Origin: an uncultured delta proteobacterium
GTDB taxonomy: Bacteria > Myxococcota_A > Polyangia > Fen-1088
Assembly: GCA_963755125.1 (NCBI GenBank)
Contig: CAVWIP010000008.1
Span: 437,557-501,556 of the forward strand
Direction of reading: 5' to 3'
DNA length: 64,000 nt
Of this stretch, positions 28,902 through 39,000 are shown in pieces. The notes beneath the pieces were generated by a model that saw nothing but the letters and a program-made list of their open reading frames with translations, had not been told where the DNA came from and searched no databases. Made by a program: the position numbers and the translations under genes. Every line of letters starts with the position of its first letter. Position 1 is the first letter of the stretch.

Positions 28902-30165
28902 CAATCTGCCGCCGGAATGGTCCTGGCGGCTAGTTCAGGACATCGGGAAAGTCGTCACTGGAAGCACTCCAAGCACCAGCGAGGCAGCCTTGTGGGGCGG
29001 CCCGATTCCATTCGTTACCCCTACCGACCTCAGCCAATCGGCAATCGTATGGAGCACTGCCCGAACGCTGTCCGACGAGGGTGCTGCAAGAGCGAGGCTG
29101 CTTCCTCCCCGAAGCGTTCTGGTGACGTGCATTGCTTCGATAGGCAAGAACGCATTGACCAGCGCACGCTGCTGCACCAACCAGCAGATCAATGCGATCG
29201 TCTGCAACGAACTGGTGTGGCCCGAATTTGTTTACTATGGTTTATGCCATCGCACGGCCGAGCTTCAGCGTCTCGCCGGTGCCACCGCCGTGCCAATTGT
29301 GAGCAAAGGCAAGTTCGAGCAGTTTGGCTTGCCTCTCCCACCACTCCCCGAGCAGCGGAAGATCGCGGCCATCCTGTCGTCGGTGGACGACGCCATCGAG
29401 GCGAGCCAGGCCGTGATCGACCAGCTCCAGGTCGTGAAGAAGGCCATGATGGCCGAGCTGCTCACCAAGGGCCTCCCCGGCCGCCACAAGAAGTTCAAGA
29501 ATACCGAAATCGGCCAAGTGCCGGTCGAATGGACGGTATGCACCATTGATTCTCTCGGCATGAACGCTGAGGCAACAGTGAGATCTGGCCCATTTGGATC
29601 GTCGATGAAGACGAAGGATTTCGTAGCTTCCGGCGTCCCAGTTCTCACCATCCAGTCGCTTGGTCACGGGGAGCTGCTTCGGGAGGGGCTGTTTTACGTC
29701 AGCAATGAGAAGGCTCGGGAACTGGCCGAGTACAAGGTGCGCCCGAATGACGTGGTCTTTTCTCGTGTTGCGGACATTGGGCGATGCGCGTCGATTTCCC
29801 GAGAGGAAGACGGATGGCTGATTTCCCCGAATCTCTCGCGAATCCGGTTGGACCCGGGAAAAACCGACGCGCGATTTCTCATGTACCTCATCACCATTGG
29901 GGCAAGCGTTCTTCGCCAGGTTGAGATGGTCGCCGGGAACGCTGGACGGTCGGTGATATCGTCGGCCACGCTGAAGGAATTGCGCCTCCCCGTTCCAGAA
30001 CTACCGGAGCAGCATGCGATCGCTGCCGCCGGGCAGGAGCTTGAGCAGCGTCTCACCGCCGAGCGCCAATACCTGATTCAACTCCAGGATACCAAGTCCG
30101 CCCTCATGTCCGTCCTCCTCACCGGCGAGGTCCGCGTGCGCGTGGACAAGGACGCGGCTGCCTGA
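28891..30165 (+). CDS. hsdS: Type I R-M specificity subunit
   Basis: Two TRDs with conserved PPLPEQRKIA / PELPEQHAIA spacers; C-terminal LLTGEVRV. Confidence 0.95.
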   Translation: MTPDNLPPEWSWRLVQDIGKVVTGSTPSTSEAALWGGPIPFVTPTDLSQSAIVWSTARTLSDEGAARARLLPPRSVLVTCIASIGKNALTSARCCTNQQINAIVCNELVWPEFVYYGLCHRTAELQRLAGATAVPIVSKGKFEQFGLPLPPLPEQRKIAAILSSVDDAIEASQAVIDQLQVVKKAMMAELLTKGLPGRHKKFKNTEIGQVPVEWTVCTIDSLGMNAEATVRSGPFGSSMKTKDFVASGVPVLTIQSLGHGELLREGLFYVSNEKARELAEYKVRPNDVVFSRVADIGRCASISREEDGWLISPNLSRIRLDPGKTDARFLMYLITIGASVLRQVEMVAGNAGRSVISSATLKELRLPVPELPEQHAIAAAGQELEQRLTAERQYLIQLQDTKSALMSVLLTGEVRVRVDKDAAA

Positions 30166-30188
30166 AGGTTGATCGGAAGGCTGAGTGG

Positions 30189-30821
30189 ATGGAACGGAAG
30201 ATCTTTCACATCACTCACGTAGACAACCTGGCTTCCATCGTCGCTGATGGAGAGCTGGTGTCAGACGCGACCATGATCGCGCGTGGTGGTCCAACAGCGA
30301 GCGTGGGAATGGACGAGATCAAGCGGCGGCGACTCGGGCTGCCTGTGCCTTGCCATGCAGGAACCAAGGTCGGCGACTACGTGCCGTTCTACTTCTGTCC
30401 CCGGTCGGTCATGCTGTACGTTCTTCATTGCGCCAATCATCCCAGTTTGACCTACCGGGGTGGCCAGGATCCGATCGTCCACCTGGAAGCGGATCTGGAT
30501 GGGGTCTTCGCCTGGGCGGAGACGCAGAAGCGGCCTTGCGCTTTCAGCCTGTCGAACGCGGGGGCGCGCTATGCGGAGTTTCGATCGGATCCCGCAGACC
30601 TGGATCAGGTCAACTGGGGCGCGGTGGGCGCGACGGACTTCAGCGATCCGTCGGTGAAGGAAGGCAAGCAGGCCGAGTTTCTGGTCTACGGCACATTCCC
30701 GTGGAAACTTGTGTCCCGCGTCGGGGTCCGCTCGCAAGCCATGCGAACCCGCGTCACCTCGGTCCTTGGCACGGCGAAGCACCAGCCTCTGGTTGAGATC
30801 AGAACGGATTGGTACTATTAG
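30189..30821 (+). CDS. darT: DarT ssDNA ADP-ribosyltransferase toxin (DUF4433)
   Basis: FHITHVDNL, DYVPFYFCPRSVMLY, SNAGA, KQAEFLV (catalytic Glu), terminal WYY. Confidence 0.93.
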   Translation: MERKIFHITHVDNLASIVADGELVSDATMIARGGPTASVGMDEIKRRRLGLPVPCHAGTKVGDYVPFYFCPRSVMLYVLHCANHPSLTYRGGQDPIVHLEADLDGVFAWAETQKRPCAFSLSNAGARYAEFRSDPADLDQVNWGAVGATDFSDPSVKEGKQAEFLVYGTFPWKLVSRVGVRSQAMRTRVTSVLGTAKHQPLVEIRTDWYY

Positions 30822-30835
30822 AGGAGGGAGCTGCG

Positions 30836-31894
30836 ATGATCACCCGCGCAAGTGGCGACCTGCTGAAAGCTGACGCGGAAGCGCTGGTCAATACCGTGAA
30901 CTGCGTGGGGTTCATGGGCCGAGGAATCGCGCTTCAGTTCAAACGCGCTTTTCCACAGAACTTCAAGGTTTATCAGGCGGCCTGCAAGCGCCATGAGGTT
31001 CAGCCCGAAAAGATGCTGGTGGTTGAGACGGGCCAGCTCACCCATCCTCGCTACATCGTCAACTTCCCCACGAAACGGCATTGGCGGGGCCCAAGTCGCC
31101 TCGACGATATTGAAACAGGGCTGGCGGCGCTGGCGGCAGAGGTGCGCCGGTTGGGCATCCGGTCCATCGCCGTCCCGCCGCTCGGCTGTGGACTTGGAGG
31201 GCTCGACTGGTCCGAGGTCCGGCCGCGTATCGAACGCGCCTTCGCGGCGCTGCCAGAGGTCCAGGTCCTTCTGTTCGAGCCATCGCAGACAGTCGACACA
31301 CAAATGGGCAACCGCAGCGCCGAGGTTCCCCACCTCACACCCGGCCGGGCCGTGCTGGTGGGCCTCATCGACCGCTACCTGGCAGGATTGATGGATCCGA
31401 CCATCTCGCTGCTGGAGATCCACAAGCTCCTCTACTTTGCCCAGGAAGCACATGAGCCGTTGCGCTTGCGCTTCACCAAGGCACTCTACGGCCCCTACGC
31501 AGAGAACCTGCGCCACGTTCTGGCCTGCATCGAGGGCCACTACGTTGTCGGCTATGCCGACGGTGGCGATAAACCGGAAAAGCAGCTCGAATTGGTCCCG
31601 GGTGCGGCTGCGGAGGCGAGTCGGTTTCTGGAGTCGTGTCCCGAGACCCGCTCGCGTTTCGAGCGGGTCGCTGACTTGGTTCAAGGTTTTGAAAGCCCCT
31701 TCGGCATGGAGCTGCTGGCGACTGTACACTGGGTGGCGACGAGAGAGGGGGCGACCAGCCCCGCGGAGGCCACCAAGGCGGTCCACGATTGGAACCTACG
31801 CAAACGCTGTTTCACACCGCCACAGATTCAAGTTGCGTGGGACGTGCTGGCAAGCAAGGGCTGGCTTCCCTCGGTCGCCGCATCGGCCGCATGA
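30836..31894 (+). CDS. darG: DarG macrodomain antitoxin
   Basis: ALVNTVNCVGFMGRGIALQFK, NFPTKRHW, PPLGCGLGGLDW, YGPYA, GFESPFGMELLATVHW. Confidence 0.93.
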   Translation: MITRASGDLLKADAEALVNTVNCVGFMGRGIALQFKRAFPQNFKVYQAACKRHEVQPEKMLVVETGQLTHPRYIVNFPTKRHWRGPSRLDDIETGLAALAAEVRRLGIRSIAVPPLGCGLGGLDWSEVRPRIERAFAALPEVQVLLFEPSQTVDTQMGNRSAEVPHLTPGRAVLVGLIDRYLAGLMDPTISLLEIHKLLYFAQEAHEPLRLRFTKALYGPYAENLRHVLACIEGHYVVGYADGGDKPEKQLELVPGAAAEASRFLESCPETRSRFERVADLVQGFESPFGMELLATVHWVATREGATSPAEATKAVHDWNLRKRCFTPPQIQVAWDVLASKGWLPSVAASAA

Positions 31895-31919
31895 CAGCTG
31901 CGAGTTCCAGGACTAACAG

Positions 31920-32030
31920 GAATGGCCGGAAATGGCCCGGAGAATGGCCAGAATGGCCCACGATAGAGCAAAGCTACATGGTTACAGCATATTGCCGCAT
32001 GCGTCTCGTGCGCATATTGCACGCATATCT
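31920..32030. repeat. Short tandem/direct repeats in the darG-hsdR spacer
   Basis: AATGGCC x4 (31921, 31931, 31943, 31952); GCATATTGC x2 (31987, 32012). Confidence 0.7.
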
Positions 32031-32194
32031 ATGTGCTGCCGACCCGAAATACCTCCCCTGAACAACAAAAAGCCCCGGGAAAGCCCGAGGCCAGTTGTCG
32101 ACCCGGAACGCCCAGTCCTTGGGTCGGAACTTTGGATCTGCGGATCTGTCCGGTCAAGGCGCACGCCAGTGGCTTCACCATCGGAGACAGCGCC

Positions 32195-35100
32195 GTGACC
32201 CCATCCCTCGGCCGCGACTGGAACGAGGCCAAGCTCTCCGAAGATCCGGCGGTCGAGCTGCTGGAACGGCTCGGCTACACCTACGTCCCGCCCGAGGTTC
32301 TCGAAGCCGAGCGCGAATCGCTCAAGGAAGCCGTGCTTACCAAGCGGCTCGCGGTTGCTCTCAAGCGCCTGAATCGCTGGCTGTCGGACGACAACCTGGC
32401 CAAGGCCGTGCGGACCGTGACCACGATCCAGGCGACGAGTCTGATCGAGGCCAGCGAGCGCGTTCACATCATCATCACCCAGGGCATCGCGCTCGACCAG
32501 GATCTGGGCGACGGGAAGAAGGGGCAGACGGTTCGCTTCATCGACTTCGATGACTCGACCAAGAATGAATTCGTCGTCACCCGACAGTTTGGTGTGATCG
32601 GCAGCAAGAAGAAGATCATCCCGGACGTGGTGGTCTTCGTGAACGGGCTGCCAGTGGCCATCATCGAGTGCAAGAGCCCGACCCTGGGCGACGGCTGGAA
32701 GGCCGAGGCCATCGACCAGTTCTCGCGCTACCAGGAAATGGAAGACCGCTATCACGAGCTGGGTGCGCCCAAGCTGTTCGAGACGATGCAGGTGCTGATC
32801 GTGGCCTGTCGCGAGGCGGCCGTGTACGGCACAGTGACCACGCCGCATCGGTTCTTTGCCGAATGGAAGGCCACCTGGCCGCGCTCGGCGAGCGAGCTTG
32901 AGGCTGTGTGTGGACGAAAGCCGACGATCCAGGATGTGGCGCTGGCCGGGCTGCTCACGCCGGAGACGCTGCTCGACCTGATGCGGAATTTCGTCGTGTT
33001 CGAGCGCGATTCCTCCAGCGGCCGAACCATCCGCAAGCTGTGCCGCTATCAGCAGTTCGTCGCGGTGAACAAGGCCGTGCAGCGCGCACGCGCCGCCAAG
33101 AAGCCCACCGATCGCGGCGGCGTGGTCTGGCACACTCAGGGCTCGGGCAAGAGCCTGACCATGCTCTGGCTGGCGCTCAAGCTGCGCAACGATCCGAGGC
33201 AGGACAACCCCACGCTGGTGATCGTGACCGACCGGACTGACCTGGATGATCAGATCACCAAGACTTTCCACGCCTGCGGCTTTCGCAACCCCGAGCAGGC
33301 CGAAAGCGTGCGCCACCTGCGCGAGCTGCTGTCCGGGCCGACGGGCAAGACCATCCTGACGACGGTGCAGAAGTTCCAAGAATTGACGGCGAGCGAGCCC
33401 AGGCGGCGGACCGATCGCGCCCAGCACCCCACCCTGTCGCTGGCCCGCAACATCTTCGTGCTGACCGACGAGGCGCACCGCACGCAATACGGCGGCCTGG
33501 CAGCCAACATGCGCCAGGCCCTGCCCAATGCTGCCTTCTTCGGCTTCACCGGCACGCCGATCGACAAGAAGGACCGCAGCACGCTGACCACGTTCGGCAG
33601 CTACATCGACACCTACACCATCGAGCAGGCGGTCGTGGACGGCGCCACGGTGCCGATTTTCTACGAGAGCCGCCTGCCCGAGCTGCGCATTGTCGGCAAC
33701 ACCCTGGACGCCCTGTTCGACCGCGTGTTCGCCGACCGCAGCGAGGAAGAGCGCGAGGCCATCAAGAAGAAGTACGCCAACGAGGCGACCATCGCGGGTG
33801 CGCCCAAGCGGGTCGAGGCCATCTGCCTGGACCTGGTCACGCATTTCACCCAGTTCATCCGACCCAACGGCTTCAAGGCGCAGGTGGTGACCTGCTCGCG
33901 CGAGATTGCGTGCCTGTACAAGGAGACGCTGGATCGCCTGAACGCGCCCCAATCGGCGGTCGTCGTCTCGGCGTCGAACAAGGATGACGATGCGCTGGTC
34001 AAGCACCACACCGACGAAAAACAGCGCAAGGACATCATCGAGCGGTTTCTGAAGCACGACAATCCGCTGTCGATCTTAGTGGTGTGCGACATGCTGCTGA
34101 CCGGGTTCGATGCGCCGGTCGAGCAGGTCATGTACTTAGACTCGCCGCTGAAGGAACACACCCTCCTGCAAGCCATAGCCCGTGTGAACCGCACCGCCGA
34201 CAAGAAAACCTACGGCTTGATCGTGGACTACTGGGGCGTGTCCGAGGCTCTGCAAGAGGCGCTGGCAATCTTCGCGCCGAGCGACATCAAGGGCGCCATG
34301 CACCCCAAGGGCGACGAGCTACCGCGCCTGCAAGCCCGGCACGCTGCCGCCATGCGCTTCTTCGTGCGAGTGAAAGACAAGAACGATCTCGACGCCTGCG
34401 TGGCCGTGCTGGAGCCCGAGGACGTGCGCGCCGAGTTCGACAGCGCGTTCAAGCGGTTCGCGCAGTCCCTGGACATGCTGCTGCCCGACCCGAGGGCACT
34501 GCCCTATGTTGCCGATGGCCGCTGGCTGGGCAAGATCCGGGGGACGGCCGCCGCGCGGTTCCGGGACAGCAAGCTGGACGTCTCCGACTGCGGCGAAAAG
34601 GTGCGCATGCTGATCGAGGACGCCGTGATCGCGGACGGCATCCAGATCCTGGTCAAGCAGGTGTCGCTGTTCACGCCCGAGTTCGACGCCAAGCTGAACG
34701 CGCTCAAGACCGACGAGGCCCGCGCCAGCGAGATGGAGCATGCCATCCGCGACGAGATCCACATCAAGCTAGAAGAAGATCCTGCCTTCTACACGTCGCT
34801 GCGCCAGCGCCTGGAGCAGATCATCGAGGACCGCAAGGCCAAGCGCATCGACGCGGCGGCGCAGTTGAAGATGTTCGAGGCGCTGACCAAGGACATCCGA
34901 GGCCGGGCCGATGCGGCCGAGAAAATGGGCCTGAGCCAGACCGGCCTGGCCATTTACGGCCTCCTGCACCTGCCAGGGGCCAAGGCGCGGGACGCCGCCG
35001 ACGCGCCCTATGGCAAGCCCGACGAGGCCCAGACCGCCCTGGCTGGCCTGCTGGAAGAGCACCTGGCACCCCACGCCGAGATAGTCGATTGGCAGATGAA

Positions 35101-35230
35101 GGACGACGTCCAGCGCGAGATGCGCAAGGTGATCAAGAAACACCTCCGCGCGGCGGCCTATCCAGCCGAGCGGGTGGACAGCCTGGCCGAAGGCATCGTG
35201 GACCTGCTCAAGCGGAGGCGCCCCGCATGA
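32195..35230 (+). CDS. hsdR: Type I R-M restriction subunit
   Basis: PDVVVFVNGLP..IECK nuclease motif, HTQGSGKS, DEAH, FTGTP, QAIARVNR; GTG start after GGAG. Confidence 0.96.
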   Translation: MTPSLGRDWNEAKLSEDPAVELLERLGYTYVPPEVLEAERESLKEAVLTKRLAVALKRLNRWLSDDNLAKAVRTVTTIQATSLIEASERVHIIITQGIALDQDLGDGKKGQTVRFIDFDDSTKNEFVVTRQFGVIGSKKKIIPDVVVFVNGLPVAIIECKSPTLGDGWKAEAIDQFSRYQEMEDRYHELGAPKLFETMQVLIVACREAAVYGTVTTPHRFFAEWKATWPRSASELEAVCGRKPTIQDVALAGLLTPETLLDLMRNFVVFERDSSSGRTIRKLCRYQQFVAVNKAVQRARAAKKPTDRGGVVWHTQGSGKSLTMLWLALKLRNDPRQDNPTLVIVTDRTDLDDQITKTFHACGFRNPEQAESVRHLRELLSGPTGKTILTTVQKFQELTASEPRRRTDRAQHPTLSLARNIFVLTDEAHRTQYGGLAANMRQALPNAAFFGFTGTPIDKKDRSTLTTFGSYIDTYTIEQAVVDGATVPIFYESRLPELRIVGNTLDALFDRVFADRSEEEREAIKKKYANEATIAGAPKRVEAICLDLVTHFTQFIRPNGFKAQVVTCSREIACLYKETLDRLNAPQSAVVVSASNKDDDALVKHHTDEKQRKDIIERFLKHDNPLSILVVCDMLLTGFDAPVEQVMYLDSPLKEHTLLQAIARVNRTADKKTYGLIVDYWGVSEALQEALAIFAPSDIKGAMHPKGDELPRLQARHAAAMRFFVRVKDKNDLDACVAVLEPEDVRAEFDSAFKRFAQSLDMLLPDPRALPYVADGRWLGKIRGTAAARFRDSKLDVSDCGEKVRMLIEDAVIADGIQILVKQVSLFTPEFDAKLNALKTDEARASEMEHAIRDEIHIKLEEDPAFYTSLRQRLEQIIEDRKAKRIDAAAQLKMFEALTKDIRGRADAAEKMGLSQTGLAIYGLLHLPGAKARDAADAPYGKPDEAQTALAGLLEEHLAPHAEIVDWQMKDDVQREMRKVIKKHLRAAAYPAERVDSLAEGIVDLLKRRRPA

Positions 35231-35946
35231 TGGCGATTGAGCGGTCCGAGGTGCGCTTCGGGCTGACGGCCATCCCATACATCGTCAGGCGCAGTCAGCG
35301 GCGCGGCACCGTGTCCATTGCCATCGACCCGGCCATGGGCGTCCTGCTGACCGCACCGCAGGCCACTCCGATCGCGCGGTTGGATCGCGTGGTGCATGAC
35401 AAGGCACGATGGATCGTGGAGCGGCTCCGGCGTGGGCCGACGGGGGCGGAGCGCACGGCGCCGCGCGAGTTTGTGAACGGCGAGACCTTCCTGTACCTGG
35501 GCCGTCAGTACCGGCTGAAGATCGTGCCGGGTGCGGTGACCAGGGTAGCGCTCACGAGTGGCCGGCTGATGGTGACCCTGCCGGTGGGCAGCGCAGCGGC
35601 AGTGAGGAAGGCAGTGGTGGCATGGTACCGGCATCACGCCGCCGAGCGCCTGCCCGAGCGAGCCGCCATCTGGGCCAAGAAGACGGGCGTGCCGGCGCCG
35701 GTGGTGCTGATCCGCGACCAGCGCCGTCGTTGGGGGAGCTGCGATCCCAAGGGCAACCTGCGCTTCAACTGGCGGATCGTCCAGGCCCCGATGCGGCTGG
35801 TGGACTACGTGGTGGCGCATGAGTTGGTACATCTAACGCACCGGAAGCATACGGCCGCGTTCTGGGCTGCGCTGGGCAGGGTCATGCCGGACTATGAGGC
35901 GCGGCGGGAGCGATTGTGTCAGGTCGGGAGGCGCCTTGAATGGTGA
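35227..35946 (+). CDS. M48/YgjP (DUF45) metallopeptidase-like protein
   Basis: RWGSC, NLRFNW, YVVAHELVH (HExxH), AFW; ATGA-coupled to hsdR. Confidence 0.92.
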   Translation: MMAIERSEVRFGLTAIPYIVRRSQRRGTVSIAIDPAMGVLLTAPQATPIARLDRVVHDKARWIVERLRRGPTGAERTAPREFVNGETFLYLGRQYRLKIVPGAVTRVALTSGRLMVTLPVGSAAAVRKAVVAWYRHHAAERLPERAAIWAKKTGVPAPVVLIRDQRRRWGSCDPKGNLRFNWRIVQAPMRLVDYVVAHELVHLTHRKHTAAFWAALGRVMPDYEARRERLCQVGRRLEW

Positions 35947-36032
35947 GGGCGCATCCCGGATTCCTGCACAGAGGCGATGGCAAGGCAGAACCAATTGGAC
36001 CGACGGAATCGCGGCCGTCTTCCTCCCGCCTT

Positions 36033-39000
36033 CTATTTCAATTCATCGAGCAACGCCTTGGCCTCGGCTAGCTCGGGATCTTCTTGCAACGCCCGCTTGA
36101 CGAAGATGATGGCTCGGGCCTTGTCACGGGACTTGTGGGCGATGCGGCCCAGGCGGTAGTAGGCCACCGCGGAACCCTTGGGATCCTTGACCGGGTTGGC
36201 CGTCACCACACGCAGGGCGCGCATGGCCAGTTCGTCGTCGCCCGCGGCTTCGGCCAGGTCCGCCACCTCGCTGGCTATGGCCACGCTCTTGCGGTCGGTT
36301 TCCAGCGCCTTCTTCAGTGCTTGCAGCCGCCCCTCGTTGTCCCCCTTGGCCGCGGCCAACTGGGCCTGCCGCTGATAGAGGACTGCCAGCTCCTCGGCGC
36401 GCATTGTCTTGGCCTCTGCCAGCAGGCTGGCCAGCACTTCGGCACCGCGAGCGATTTCACCCATACCGATATAGGCATCAATGAGCAGCGTGCGGCCGAC
36501 CCGCTCCGTGGGCCGAAGCGCCGCGGCCTTCTCCAGTGCGGTGGCGGACGCGGGAAACGCGCCGGCACCGAGCAGGGTCTCGGCCGCGCCGACCAGCAGA
36601 CGGTAGCTCTCGCCTTCATCGGTCTCCCGGTCGGCCATCTGGATCTGCAACTCCGCAGCCTCGATGGCGTTGCCGCCGGCCTGAAGAAGCTGCGCCAGCC
36701 GCGCCAGCACCGGAGCGTGTCCCGGTATCTGGCGCAAGACCTCCTGCAGCCAAGGGATGACCTCGGCGCCACGGCCAATCTTCTCGCAAGCCGCGGCCAT
36801 GGCCAGCACGGTTTCGGCCAGGGCCTCGCCTTGCTCGATCTGGGCCAGGCGCGACCACACGCTGGCAGCGGCGTCCCAGCGCTCCTCCGCCTCGAAGCGC
36901 ACACGCATGCTCTGCAGAACCTCGCGGTCAGTGGGATGGGCGTCGATCCAGCGGAAGAGAATCTGATCGGCCTGGGCCTGGTCGCCCGAGCCGCGCACCA
37001 CCTCGGCCAGTCGCAGGGTGGCGGTGCGGGCCGCGGCCAGATCGCCGGCCGCGGTCGCGCGTTCCGCGATGCGAGTCAGGGTCTGGCTCAGCGACGGCAC
37101 CACTTCACTTGCACCCAGGGTCAGGGCTTCCTCCATGTCCGCCACCGCGGCTGTTTCATCCCCGCCCGCCGCGGCCAGCTCAGCACGCAGTTGCAGAAGG
37201 TCGGCGCGCCCTTCCTGGGCACCGTCCGCCAGGGCGTCAGTGACCACGGATCTCGCGGCTGCCGAGTCACCAGAAGAGGCGAGCGAGGCGGTCAACTCGC
37301 GCAATGTTTCGATGTCTCCTGGTGCGCCCTCCATGGCCCGGCGCAGGCTGCGGGCAGCGCCCGCTTCGTCGCGCAGCTTGTCGCGCTGGATGCGGGCCGC
37401 CTGGTGCAAAAGTGGACCGGCCTTGTCGGCGTCCACGCGCGCGGCCTCGCCGGTCAGCAGCGCCACCAGTTCCGGCCACAACTCGTGCTCGGTGTAGCAG
37501 GTCGTGAGGCGCTGGAAGAGGTCGGCGTCGTCCGGGCAGCGATTGCGGCCCAGTTCCAGTGCCCGTCGCATACCGGCGTCGTCGTGCAGGCGCGTGCGCA
37601 GCTCGGCGAGATCCACCGCGCGCGCCGCGGCCTCGGCGCCGCTCTCGCCAGCCAGGATCTCCTCGCTCAGCGCCGCACGCTCGGCCAACTCGTCCTGCTC
37701 GGATAGAAGATCGAGCAAAGAGAGTTGCAGCGACCGCCTGATCCCCAAATCGGAGAACGGCGCGGCCAGTACCTGGCGGTAGACCTTCTTGGCGGACGCA
37801 GGCTCGATCTTCTTGACCAGTTCGCCGAGCCGTCGCGCCAAGGCAACCCGTCCGGCCCCGGTTCCCGCACCCTCGCCGCTCGACAGCGCCTCGGACAAGA
37901 CAGCCACGGCCCGGGTCATCTCGCCCCGCCGTTCATGGAGGTCAGCCAGCACCATGAGCCCCTCGGGATGGCTCGGATCCTCGGCCAAAACCTCGCGCAG
38001 GACGGCTGTCGCCTGCTCCTCCGTCTTCTTCTCGCCCAGCAGAAATTTGGCCCAGGCCAGGCGGGCCGTGTTGCGGTCGGAGCGGGCCATCAGCTTTTCC
38101 GCCAACTCGCGCACCAGGCTCTCCAGGGCCGCGCGGTTTCCCAGCCCCGCGTACAGGCGCAGAAGCGGCTCCCAGACCTCGCGGTCCAGGGGATAGAGCG
38201 TGCGCAGGTGCTCGAACAGCCGAGCCGCAGCTTCGGCGCTCTCCGGGTGCTCCGAGGCAGCGCGTGCCATCTCTCGCACCACCGGCGCCAGACGCGGATT
38301 GGGCCAAGCCTCGCGTGTGTCTTCCAGAATCCTCGTCACCCCGTCCCAGTCGCCGCGACTGCGCAGGCGGCGCACAAGATCCAGAATGGCCCAGGTGGCA
38401 CCGCGCAGGCCGCCGGGCACCGCGCGCGCCAGAACGATCGCGCGCTCGATGAGCTTCTCGGCCCTGGCTCCTTCGCCCAGAGACACGGCCAGTTCCACCC
38501 CGTCGCGCACGTCCTCGCTGCGCGCGTCCGGCAGAGCAGCACGCCGCTCGTAGAAATCGAGGAGTACATGCTCGTCGGACGATGCCCGCGCCACTTTCTC
38601 GTACACCGGCATCACGCGGGCCAGGTCAGCCTCGGGCACGTGGGCTGCTTCGACCAGGGCCGTGGCTCGCGCCAGATCGTGCGAAAGATCCACGGCAAGC
38701 GCCAAGGCGTCCAGGCCTTCATCGCGGGAGCCGGGCAACCCGAGCTGGCACTCGGCCACGCGGAAGAGAAGATCGGCCTTCTCGGCCGGGTTGCCGGCGA
38801 GCTGGGACATGCGACGCAACTGCGCCGTCGCCCGTCGCTGCTCGGCCTCGTCGCCGACTTTCAGGCTGACCCGCGCCAGACCGGTCAAGGCCTCCGCCAG
38901 GCGTTGCCCGGTCTGCTCGACCCGGTGATAGAGCGCCGTCGCGCGCGCGACATCGCGCAAATCGTGCTCGGCCGCTTCCCCGGCCCGCAGCAACAGATCG

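Noticed and set aside
31982..34057. 691-aa minus-strand ORF
   Set aside because: Antisense shadow of hsdR
34084..35226. 620-aa ORF suggesting a long N-terminal extension of the M48 protein
   Set aside because: Arg-rich off-frame overlap with hsdR; the real start is the ATG at the hsdR stop (35227)
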